A stretch of 32,000 bases of DNA from Halomicrobium mukohataei DSM 12286 (lineage in GTDB: Archaea; Halobacteriota; Halobacteria; Halobacteriales; Haloarculaceae): the NCBI RefSeq assembly GCF_000023965.1, contig NC_013202.1, positions 420,001-452,000 of the forward strand, read 5' to 3'. The position numbers were made by a program, and so were the translations under genes. This document shows positions 23,869-31,686 of this stretch, in pieces. Below the pieces are notes generated by a model, which worked only from the letters and a program-made list of their open reading frames with translations, did not search any database and had not been told where the DNA came from. Each line of letters begins with the position of its first letter. Within the stretch, counting starts at the first letter, position 1.

Positions 23869-25626
23869 CTACCCCCCGGACCACTCATCGGCGGGCGGAC
23901 ACCCGGCAGCCTTCCAGGCTTCGAAGTTGAAACCCTCGTTCCGGCGTTCCTGCTGCTCTCTGGTGATGTACTCGCCGCTCCGTTGGCCCTGGAACACGTT
24001 CCGTAGGTCTCGGAAGCGATCACGCGCACCGTCGGCGTAGGTGACGACGACGTGGACACCGTAGACGTTGTTCTCGACAAACTGCGTGTACGCCGTCTTC
24101 ACTTCGCGCATGATCTCGCGGGCTTCTGCTCGATCCTCTGGCTGGTAGCCCATCTGGAGGAGCTTTCGGCAGTCGTCGCCCTCGCGGACGGTGATCGCGT
24201 ACTCGCGCCGGAGTCGACTCCAGCGGGTCTTCTCCTGCTCCTCTGCGGCGTCGGCCAGATCCATCACAGCGCTGCCGACAGACTGCTCGAAGCGCTCACC
24301 GGCTGCCCTGACGCGCTTGAGTAGCTCCTGCTGGATCTTCTTCGACTCCAGTTCCATCTCACCGTAGGTGTGGTGGATCAACCCTTCCAGGCGGTCGATC
24401 ACCGTGCGAATCGTCCGGTAGGTGTAGCCCGTCTGCTCGGCCGCTTCCTGTGGCGAGACCTTCCCACCGTCGGTGAGTAGCAGCTCGGTCACGTCCCGGT
24501 CGGCCCGGCTCATGTCGCCCCACAGGTGCATCACGCGATGCTCCTGCTCGTCTTCGATCTCCGGCAGCGGGCACTTGACGAGCTTCCGGGCTTCTGTGGT
24601 GTCTTCGACCGACCAGTACGGATCAAACTCGACGAATGCACCGCTGTCGGCAGTGGTGGCGATGCCGGTCCACTCCAGACAGTTGAGGATCGTCTCTTCC
24701 AGCTCACGCCGAGCGTCGTCGAGGTCGCTCCACCGAACGGTGTCGTCGGTACGACTCGTCTGGTAGGACACCTCGAATTTCGGATGGTACGGCGCGTCAC
24801 CGGGTTCGTACTCGTCGGGGTGGTTCGGGTAGTAGTGTTTCAACTCCTTGCCGAGCCCATGTCCACGGACCAGCTCGTCGGCCTTCTCGTCTTCGACGGT
24901 GGCAGTGACGTAGTAGCCGGGAAGCTTCGTGTTGTCTTCGACGTGTTTCCGGTACCCGCTTCGATCACCCTGAATGAGTGTGTGGCACCGAGCGATCGGG
25001 CCATCCGGGGCGTACAGCGGGCCGCTGGCGTCGCGGTACAGTCGGACGTAGTAGGCCAGGTCGCTCACGTGGCTGTCCGGGTGGGGCTGGTCGAAGTAGC
25101 GCGATGAGATGCCGTAGGCATCTATCACGCGCTGGACCAGTGTGAGGTACTTCTCGTGAGGAATGTTCGAAGCCTGAACCTGCACGTCGATGTAGGGCTC
25201 ACCGTAGTCGGGGACCGAGACGGGTTTGCCGTCGGACGTAAGGTTCGGCCAGCGGGGGCGGACGGTGATCGTCCCGCCTTTGATCCGTGGGTCCTGGTCG
25301 GCGGGCTCGCCGGAGTAGTGGGGCGAGTCCTTGGCGACGAAGTAGAACTGGAACTCGCGAACTTCCTCGATCTCGAAGCTGGGGTTGTCCCACGGGTCCA
25401 GCCCGCTCTTCGAATAGTCGAAGGCCGTCGCCCACTGCTGGCCGTTGAATCCGATGTCACGGGTCGGTTTCCCCTGGGTTTGCCAGCGGTCGCCCCACTC
25501 TTTCATCAGGGAGTGCATCGCATAGTAGGGTGCCAGCCCGTGGTCCTGAACGGCTGGATCGGGATGCACGCCGACGGTAAAGCGCACGTCGCCCTCGTGC
25601 GGGGCGCACTTGAGGTACCGCGACAT
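23869..25626 (-). CDS. Large conserved mobile-element protein, putative replication/initiator protein with an internal HTH
   Basis: 585-aa ORF with ATG start and non-repetitive composition. GGKVSPQEAAEQTGYTYRTIRTVIDRLEGL is HTH-like. It is the last gene of the ZnF/Dam/HTH operon. Assignment to a replication role is by position and size only. Confidence 0.6.
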   Translation of the reverse strand: MSRYLKCAPHEGDVRFTVGVHPDPAVQDHGLAPYYAMHSLMKEWGDRWQTQGKPTRDIGFNGQQWATAFDYSKSGLDPWDNPSFEIEEVREFQFYFVAKDSPHYSGEPADQDPRIKGGTITVRPRWPNLTSDGKPVSVPDYGEPYIDVQVQASNIPHEKYLTLVQRVIDAYGISSRYFDQPHPDSHVSDLAYYVRLYRDASGPLYAPDGPIARCHTLIQGDRSGYRKHVEDNTKLPGYYVTATVEDEKADELVRGHGLGKELKHYYPNHPDEYEPGDAPYHPKFEVSYQTSRTDDTVRWSDLDDARRELEETILNCLEWTGIATTADSGAFVEFDPYWSVEDTTEARKLVKCPLPEIEDEQEHRVMHLWGDMSRADRDVTELLLTDGGKVSPQEAAEQTGYTYRTIRTVIDRLEGLIHHTYGEMELESKKIQQELLKRVRAAGERFEQSVGSAVMDLADAAEEQEKTRWSRLRREYAITVREGDDCRKLLQMGYQPEDRAEAREIMREVKTAYTQFVENNVYGVHVVVTYADGARDRFRDLRNVFQGQRSGEYITREQQERRNEGFNFEAWKAAGCPPADEWSGG

Positions 25627-25628
25627 GC

Positions 25629-25784
25629 TTACCTCGCCACTGTATCTCTACCGGGCAGGTTCCCTACAGCCCGCTCGACTTCCTGCTGACTCTCTCTGAG
25701 CGGCTGCATCTTCGCCCAGTCGAAACGCAGGGGTTCACTCGCCTCAACGTCGTAGAGACGTGACGCTCGGACGAACTCGCTCAT
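25629..25784 (-). CDS. Possible 51-aa coupled ORF
   Basis: Hand translation gives MSEFVRASRLYDVEASEPLRFDWAKMQPLRESQQEVERAVGNLPGRDTVAR. Its ATG overlaps the upstream TGA (ATGA), and its TAA ends 2 nt before the 585-aa gene's ATG. Confidence 0.35.
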   Translation of the reverse strand: MSEFVRASRLYDVEASEPLRFDWAKMQPLRESQQEVERAVGNLPGRDTVAR

Positions 25785-25984
25785 GCTGCGCCACCCCCCA
25801 ACCGTCGACGAGCCCGTCGGAGCAAATTGCCTACAGTACCAGGCGATCGTCCCGTCTTCCGCGCGTACTCGCGAACCCCATAGCCGTCCTGCTCGACGGC
25901 TTCATACACCTCTCGCTCGGCGTCAGAGAGTGGCGACAGGTCCTTTTCGTACTCGAAGAGGTTGGACTGGTAGGTCACCGCCAC
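25781..25984 (-). CDS. Small HTH protein, sigma-70 region-4/LuxR-like; paralog of 28353..28571
   Basis: LSDAEREVYEAVEQDGYGVREYARKTGRSPGTVGNLLRRARRRL. 33/50 identical residues, hand-counted, with the paralog. Confidence 0.6.
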   Translation of the reverse strand: MAVTYQSNLFEYEKDLSPLSDAEREVYEAVEQDGYGVREYARKTGRSPGTVGNLLRRARRRLGGGAA

Positions 25985-26829
25985 TCACCCCCGAACGATT
26001 CAAGACCAGTCTGCTGTGTCGATCGGAAGGGAATCGCCTCGTCAGGATCGAAGTTCATCACCAGCCGTTCGGTGGCCGGCTCGCGCTGGTCGCCGTTGAT
26101 GCTGTAGTGGATCTGGTATTGCCGTTTTGACCAGCCGAACTCCTTGATGGCCGATTCGAGTTCATCGGGAAGATCACCGTAGGAACAAATCCACTTCCCC
26201 TCGAGTTCGGTGAGCGTCGCGACTAACTTGTCGTGATCGAACTCACCGTCGTGCGTGTATAGATCGTCACCAGGTCCGACGTACGGTGGATCAAAGTACA
26301 GCAGTGCCTCAGATCGGTCGTACTTCTCACAGAGACGGTTATAATCGAGGCATTCTAGCGTGACATGCTGGAGCCGATCGGCAACCTGATCCAGTGCATC
26401 AGTCGCATTCTGCAGGCGCCGTGCCTCGTTACGGATCGTACTGGCTTTGAATCCAGAGATGCCGTCGAGCTTTCCGCTGTACTGTGTATAGCGCAGGTAG
26501 AACCAGCGACCAGCCCGGACTATATCGTCATCTGGACGATGGCCGTCGTAGAATTTCCTGGCCCATCGCCCATGCAGTTCCCGCGAAAAGGGAACGGTCC
26601 GAAGCCACTTCTGGAGTTCCTCGCGCTGCTGGCGTAGTACTTGGTAGAAATGGACGACGTCACGGTCGAGATCGTTTAGCACCTCGATGTGACTCGGTGC
26701 CTTGTTCAGCAGAATTGACGCCGACCCTCCAAACGGTTCGACGTACAGTTCGTGATCCGGGAAGTACCCCAGAATCTCGTCGACATGGTACGTCTTCCCG
26801 CCGGGATACGGAAATGCCGACAGACTCAC
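25975..26829 (-). CDS. N6-adenine DNA methyltransferase, Dam/D12 class
   Basis: FPYPGGK...YVEPFGGSASILL (FxGxG SAM site) and LLYFDPPYVG (DPPY catalytic motif). GTG start overlaps the upstream stop. Confidence 0.9.
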   Translation of the reverse strand: MSLSAFPYPGGKTYHVDEILGYFPDHELYVEPFGGSASILLNKAPSHIEVLNDLDRDVVHFYQVLRQQREELQKWLRTVPFSRELHGRWARKFYDGHRPDDDIVRAGRWFYLRYTQYSGKLDGISGFKASTIRNEARRLQNATDALDQVADRLQHVTLECLDYNRLCEKYDRSEALLYFDPPYVGPGDDLYTHDGEFDHDKLVATLTELEGKWICSYGDLPDELESAIKEFGWSKRQYQIHYSINGDQREPATERLVMNFDPDEAIPFRSTQQTGLESFGGEWR

Positions 26830-27089
26830 AGGGACTCACCCCCGTCGGGACGTGCGTCCACACGACCGCCCTGATTCCGCTGGGGCTGGTCCTCAGGGTC
26901 TGGATAGTCGAGCTCTTTCCCGGCGGCTGTCCCGCGACAGATCCGCCCCATCGAGTCACACGCTGGGCAGCGATGGGCGACGTTCTCCTCGTCGCCGAAG
27001 GTCCGTCGGAAGTCTCGCGAGACGTGAGCGCCACAGTGCTGGCACTCCGACTGATCGGTGGTCGAGAAACAGACAGGTCGATCAGCCAA
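26826..27089 (-). CDS. Small zinc-ribbon protein (CPxCG-related type)
   Basis: ECQHCGAHVSRDFRRTFGDEENVAHRCPACDS gives CxxC...CPxC spacing, as in small haloarchaeal zinc-finger proteins. TTG start. Confidence 0.55.
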   Translation of the reverse strand: MADRPVCFSTTDQSECQHCGAHVSRDFRRTFGDEENVAHRCPACDSMGRICRGTAAGKELDYPDPEDQPQRNQGGRVDARPDGGESL

Positions 27090-27279
27090 GGTGAATCACC
27101 CCCTCTAAGGAGGTAGACAAATCCTTCGCAAAACCGCCGGACGGCATCCCAAATGATTCGACTTTCTCTTCAATTCGATTTGAGATCGACTTTGTACGGT
27201 CGTCTACCGCTGAGAAATATTCCGATAGCGGGCTACAGAAGCCGCTTTTCGGGATAGTTCGCCAGGACGAAGAACCGGT

Positions 27280-27293
27280 ATGGACTCGCCGGG
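27280..27293. repeat. 14-bp core ATGGACTCGCCGGG, copy 2
   Basis: Exact copy of 4150..4163. Lies 52 nt beyond the stop codon of integrase 2. Confidence 0.6.
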
Positions 27294-27345
27294 CAGGTTT
27301 TCCGCGGTGCAGTCATGCGATTTTGGGTGATTTTGAGCATCGAAT

Positions 27346-28356
27346 TCATTCCGGTAGGTGGTCGGTTCGCACGTCCATTTTCTCGCGCTCGGTTCGGGCG
27401 TCGTAGTGCTGGTACAGCACATCGAGCGACACGTCCATGCGCTCGCTCACCGTCTCCGGCGGGGTGTCTTCGGTCAGGTGGTGGGTGATCGCGCCTCGAC
27501 GAACGGCGTGGGGAGATCGCGACGACGGGCAGTCTGCGACGTTGGCCGTCCTACCCCGAGCATCGCAGGTCTCCGGCGTCCGATCGTGCGGACACTCGCC
27601 GTAGGTGCAGGGGTGCAGCGCCCGCATGAGCCACTTGTAGATCGTCTGGGCCGACGGTCGGCCACCGTCTTCTTTGGTGAACAGCGGCCGTCTGCCGTAC
27701 TCGTCGGTCCCCTGCGGGCGGCCGGGGTTGCTCACGTAGTCGTCGAGAACCTGGAACCACTTCGGGCCGAGATAGACCCACCGCTCGCCGGCTTCGCCGT
27801 TCTTGAGCTTCGTACCCTCGTCGATCCGGTGCTCCACTCGGACGGCGTTATCGTCCGGTTGGAGGTCCTCCACGTCGAGCGAGCGGACGGCACCGCGTCG
27901 CATCCCCGTCCGCCAGATGAGGGCGATGAGGGCGTGATCCCGGCTCGCGTACTGGTACTGCTCGAAGTACTCCAGCGCGGCCTCGGCCCGCTCGGGATCG
28001 AGATGCACGTCTCGACTCTCGGCACCGTCGGGCAGCTCCGGCGCGTGGATCTTCTCGGCCAGTCCCTCCTCGACGGCGTCGATGTCGGCCCACCACCGGC
28101 ACGCTTGCCGGATCGTGGATAGCTGCTTCTGGAGCGTGATGGGAGCGATGTCGCCCCGTCGCCACGCCACGAAGTCGGCCATGTCCCGACCAGACAGCGT
28201 GTTCAGGTCCTCGATCTCGCGCTCCTCGCACCAGTCGAGGAAGTAGTTGAGCCGGGTGTTGGCGTTCTGTAGCGTCGACTCCCGCACGGACGGCTCACGG
28301 TGCCGTAGGAACCGCTCGACGCCGTCCTCGGGAGTCAGCGGTTGGAGATCGCTCAC
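27346..28356 (-). CDS. int: Tyrosine recombinase/integrase, paralog of 4217..5239
   Basis: RSPHAVRRGAITHHL and LYQHYD catalytic boxes. GTG start overlaps the stop of the upstream HTH gene (GTGA). Confidence 0.9.
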   Translation of the reverse strand: MSDLQPLTPEDGVERFLRHREPSVRESTLQNANTRLNYFLDWCEEREIEDLNTLSGRDMADFVAWRRGDIAPITLQKQLSTIRQACRWWADIDAVEEGLAEKIHAPELPDGAESRDVHLDPERAEAALEYFEQYQYASRDHALIALIWRTGMRRGAVRSLDVEDLQPDDNAVRVEHRIDEGTKLKNGEAGERWVYLGPKWFQVLDDYVSNPGRPQGTDEYGRRPLFTKEDGGRPSAQTIYKWLMRALHPCTYGECPHDRTPETCDARGRTANVADCPSSRSPHAVRRGAITHHLTEDTPPETVSERMDVSLDVLYQHYDARTEREKMDVRTDHLPE

Positions 28357-28571
28357 GACGCATCACCGCCGTCGACCTTCACCCTCGCTCGGGCCAGCAG
28401 GTTGCCGATCGTCCCCGGCGAGCGGCTGGTCTCGTCGGCGTACTCACGGGGTCCGTACTCGCCCTGCTCGATCGCCTCGAAAACGTCCCGCTCGGCGTCG
28501 GTGAGGTCCGACAGGTCCGAGCAGGGCTGATGGCTCTCGAAGTGGGCGAGCGACTTCTGGCGTCCCCTCAT
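28353..28571 (-). CDS. Small HTH protein, sigma-70 region-4/LuxR-like
   Basis: LTDAERDVFEAIEQGEYGPREYADETSRSPGTIGNLLARARVKV. ATGA overlap with the upstream gene. Confidence 0.6.
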   Translation of the reverse strand: MRGRQKSLAHFESHQPCSDLSDLTDAERDVFEAIEQGEYGPREYADETSRSPGTIGNLLARARVKVDGGDAS

Positions 28572-29122
28572 GCGTCGATCTCGATAGAGTGCCCGTCGAC
28601 GACGGTCTTCCCGCCCGCGTCGTCCGGTCGGGCCTGTTCTCGTCGCTGCTCGTCGGCCACACGCTTCGTCCGCGTGTAGCGGTCGGTCTCGGGCGCAGGG
28701 TCGTAGGTCTCCGTCCGCACCTCACGGACACCGCCGACGCGGTGGGGCGGGAGCTTCGTGCGCGTCCCCCGCCACTCCGTCAGGGAGAGCCACCCGCTCG
28801 ACAGCGTCTCGTAGTTGGCGACGTAGACCGGTCCCTGACCGCGCACGTCGACGTAGGCCGGCGTGTAGGTGTCCGGCAGCCGCTCGGGGTCGACGCGGTC
28901 GCTCTCGGGCTCGATCTCTCCGCCGTCGGGTAGCACCCGCTGCTTGCGCTTGACGATCTTGCCGGCCCGCGAGATCAGCAGGTGTTCGCTGTCGGCCGTC
29001 TGCTGGCTCCACGTCTCGCCGCACTCGGAGCACTCGACGGCGGCCTCGTCCTGCTGGAGAGTCCCGTCACACAGCACGCGAGGGCAGTCGTCGCCGTCCC
29101 AGATCTTCTGGGTCACCGTCAT
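28568..29122 (-). CDS. Hypothetical protein with N-terminal zinc-ribbon
   Basis: CPRVLCDG...CSECGE (CxxxxC...CxxC). Same-strand, overlapping operon. A further 28-aa ORF (29119-29202, MSSASAAPKSGDDSNDEKRDDSEESGP) overlaps its start by ATGA. Confidence 0.55.
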   Translation of the reverse strand: MTVTQKIWDGDDCPRVLCDGTLQQDEAAVECSECGETWSQQTADSEHLLISRAGKIVKRKQRVLPDGGEIEPESDRVDPERLPDTYTPAYVDVRGQGPVYVANYETLSSGWLSLTEWRGTRTKLPPHRVGGVREVRTETYDPAPETDRYTRTKRVADEQRREQARPDDAGGKTVVDGHSIEIDA

Positions 29123-29204
29123 GGGCCGCTCTCCTCGCTGTCGTCACGCTTTTCGTCGTTGCTGTCGTCACCGGACTTGGGGGCTGCGCTGGCACTGGAC
29201 ATGT

Positions 29205-29414
29205 TTAGGCGGCCCCCTCGCTTCGTCGATCCTCGATGTTCTCGTGTTCGTCCTTCGTGAGCGTCCCGCGAGGCTCGTCGAAAGGAGTGTCGTGAGCCTG
29301 CCGGACGCAGTGCCGGACGTACTCGGCCCGGCTCATGTTGTTCTCGTCGGCGTGGTCGTCTATCTCGACCAACATCTCGGGTGGGAACCCGATCGTGGTG
29401 TTTGCAACAGGCAT
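29205..29414 (-). CDS. Ribbon-helix-helix (CopG/MetJ-like) protein
   Basis: TTIGFPPEMLVEIDDHADENNMSRAEYVRHCVRQA has the strand-helix-helix pattern. ATG 29414 preferred over TTG 29426. Confidence 0.6.
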   Translation of the reverse strand: MPVANTTIGFPPEMLVEIDDHADENNMSRAEYVRHCVRQAHDTPFDEPRGTLTKDEHENIEDRRSEGAA

Positions 29415-29529
29415 GCACTCAGTCAATGACTACCTTACTACGTAAGTCTTTGCCTACGAGATTATAGTACTACTTTAATCTAATAGCCGCTTCCCAAGCT
29501 ATTCAATCACTCAATGAGTACCGTACAGT

Positions 29530-29772
29530 ATGAGTACTACCCGACGAGATGGCGGATCGTCAAGGAGCAGCGTTTCGGTCAAAATAGATGATGAATTCTT
29601 GGAAGAATTCGACCGTGAATTAAAAAAGGCTCAAATAGAAGGAAAAGTGAAAATGGATGTGTCACGAAGTGAGGCAATACGTCGGTTAATGAAGGCAGGT
29701 AAAGACGATATGGATTTAATAAGTGATATGGAGCAGTCGGATGACGGCCCTGACAACGTCCAAGACTCATAG
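29530..29772 (+). CDS. Ribbon-helix-helix (CopG-like) protein
   Basis: SVSVKIDDEFLEEFDRELKKAQIEGKVKMDVSRSEAIRRLMKAG. Lies in low-GC DNA, divergent from the other RHH gene. Confidence 0.6.
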   Translation: MSTTRRDGGSSRSSVSVKIDDEFLEEFDRELKKAQIEGKVKMDVSRSEAIRRLMKAGKDDMDLISDMEQSDDGPDNVQDS

Positions 29773-29775
29773 CGG

Positions 29776-30435
29776 CTAATCTGCGGTGTGCTGCCCGCTC
29801 TCTGACGGCATCGTGCCGGGATGGACGATCTCCGTATTTTCGTCGCCACCTTCGAGATATTCCACACGGCCACGCTCTCGCTTGATCGCCTCTGGGGAGA
29901 ACTCCCCGAGGTAGTGCTGGCGAAACGTCTCCCAGTCCTCCCAACCGCCCCACGACATGACGACGGACGGGATCACGCCCTGTTCCAGTAGGTACGTGCC
30001 CCAGGTCCGTCGCAGATCGTGTACATCGAGATACGACCAACCCCTATCGTCGGTCTCGTCTTCGAGGCGCTCGGCAGCTCGGCGCACCCAGCGGTAAACA
30101 GTCGATCCAGCAACGCCTATCAGAGGCTCGTCGTCGTCCTGCTGGTACGCGAGTGTCTCCGCGATGGTGACGACTTCGGACGGGACTGGCGGCTCTCTGT
30201 ACTTGTCACGCTTCGCGTAGTCCTCCCAGATTCGGATGTGATCTCCTGTCGGTCCCTCCACGAGGTCCTCGGGACACACTCCGGTGATCTCCGACCGTCG
30301 GAGACCAACCCGACCAGCGAGCAAGAAGGCGAGCCGCTGGTGAGGTGTCTCAGCTTCGTCGATCAACCGAGCCAATTCGTCGTCCGATAGCCACACTCGC
30401 TTTCCGTCGTCGTCGTCGTAGTCCTTGAGTCTCAT
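29776..30435 (-). CDS. Short tyrosine recombinase (XerC/D-like phage integrase family)
   Basis: GLRRSEITGV (Arg I), VHDLRRTWGTYLL (H-x-x-R), FRQHYL (Tyr). ATG 30435 (MRLKDYDDDD..) preferred over the long N-terminal extension of listed ORF 29776..30612. Confidence 0.8.
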   Translation of the reverse strand: MRLKDYDDDDGKRVWLSDDELARLIDEAETPHQRLAFLLAGRVGLRRSEITGVCPEDLVEGPTGDHIRIWEDYAKRDKYREPPVPSEVVTIAETLAYQQDDDEPLIGVAGSTVYRWVRRAAERLEDETDDRGWSYLDVHDLRRTWGTYLLEQGVIPSVVMSWGGWEDWETFRQHYLGEFSPEAIKRERGRVEYLEGGDENTEIVHPGTMPSESGQHTAD

Positions 30436-30791
30436 GCACTCGTTTCGCACTTCTATTGCAAAACATCTAGTTTTTTCGGTCGTCCAGGTCGTCTGAAGCT
30501 CCGATGAGCGGTGAAAATGCACCAGAATGGGGGATTCTCGGGCGTTCCGAAGACAGTATTTTGAAGCGGGTAGCCGCTGGAACGACGACCAAATGATACC
30601 GCAGGCTCTCATCGGTACGTCGCTGGGTCTGGTTGGAGTCGCGTCGCTGGCGTTCCTCTACCTCTGGTTCGAAGCAAAAACGATCTGACGAAGGTCCTGA
30701 ACGGCTCTATGTGCCGAGAGGCGGACACGCTATCGCGCCGGTTCGGTGACCAGCGATGGGTCGCACCGCACCAGGATCTCGTTGTCGACGC

Positions 30792-31025
30792 TCACGACTC
30801 ACCACCGCCATCGTCGACGGCGTCGGCCATCGCCTCCTGCTCGTCGGTCCCCGGCGGCGGTCGGTAGGGCAGCTTCGAGGCGACCGCTCGCCCGAAGCCC
30901 TCGACGCGCTCCATCCCGTAGCGAGTCGGGACCGCCATGCCGGCCACCAGCATCAGGACCGCCAGCGCCACCGTCTGCGCGTCGGGCATCGGGAGCGCGG
31001 GCAGTGTCGACTGCAACGGGATCAC
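30792..31025 (-). CDS. Small membrane protein, hypothetical
   Basis: Listed ORF. One hydrophobic helix (TVALAVLMLVAGMAV). 4-nt overlap with the upstream gene. Confidence 0.45.
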   Translation of the reverse strand: MIPLQSTLPALPMPDAQTVALAVLMLVAGMAVPTRYGMERVEGFGRAVASKLPYRPPPGTDEQEAMADAVDDGGGES

Positions 31026-31234
31026 GACCCTTCACCCCCGATCGCGTCGGCGTCCACGTCGTAGGTCGGCCCCTCGTCGTGAACGCCGAAGGCCCGCAGG
31101 AGCGCCCTGAGCCGCTTGCGGTTCGACCGCGACCGCTGGGCCGTCCGACGCAGTACCTCCAACTGTGCGAGCTCGATAGCGACCAGCACGGACAGCAGTG
31201 CCGCGACCGCCCCGAGACCGATCTGGACACCCAT
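31022..31234 (-). CDS. Small membrane protein, hypothetical
   Basis: Listed ORF. N-terminal helix IGLGAVAALLSVLVAI followed by an Arg-rich segment. Confidence 0.45.
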   Translation of the reverse strand: MGVQIGLGAVAALLSVLVAIELAQLEVLRRTAQRSRSNRKRLRALLRAFGVHDEGPTYDVDADAIGGEGS

Positions 31235-31686
31235 TAGAGCAACCCTCCGATGGCGTCCCCGGCGTCCTCGACCGTGTCGGCCGCGCCGCCGGTCGCCCAG
31301 CTAAAGCCGTTACCGGCCGCGTCACCAGCACCCTCGACCGTGTCGGCAGCGCCGCCAAGCCACCAGTCCATCCCGTCGCTGACAACGTCGCCGGTGCCGT
31401 CGGCCACGTCCGTCGCACCGTCCCAGCTATCGCCAGCAGCGCCGCCCACGTCATCCGCGGCATCCTGTGCGCCGTCAGCCACGTCGCTGCCGACGGTGAC
31501 GGCAGTGTACACGTAGTACAGTAGCCCGAGACCGATAACCACCATGAGGATCTGCCCGCCGCGAGACTCCGCGACCTGACGGGCATCGGCGCTGCCCTGC
31601 TTGGCAACATCGGCCACCTCGTCGGCGTTATCGGCGAGCGCGCCGCCGGCCGCTGCTGCCGCTGGAGCCGGACTCACCGCGACCAC
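31234..31686 (-). CDS. Membrane protein with duplicated GGAADTVE(G/D)AGDA motif
   Basis: TM helix ILMVVIGLGLLYYVYTAV. The 24-nt DNA repeats at 31267-31290 and 31333-31356 are 23/24 identical and 66 nt apart. GTG start. Confidence 0.5.
   Translation of the reverse strand: MVAVSPAPAAAAAGGALADNADEVADVAKQGSADARQVAESRGGQILMVVIGLGLLYYVYTAVTVGSDVADGAQDAADDVGGAAGDSWDGATDVADGTGDVVSDGMDWWLGGAADTVEGAGDAAGNGFSWATGGAADTVEDAGDAIGGLL

Noticed and set aside
23699-23884. 61-aa ORF covering the perfect hairpins.
   Set aside because: Its sequence is dictated by the inverted repeats, and it overlaps the stop of the 585-aa gene. It is more likely a structured non-coding region.
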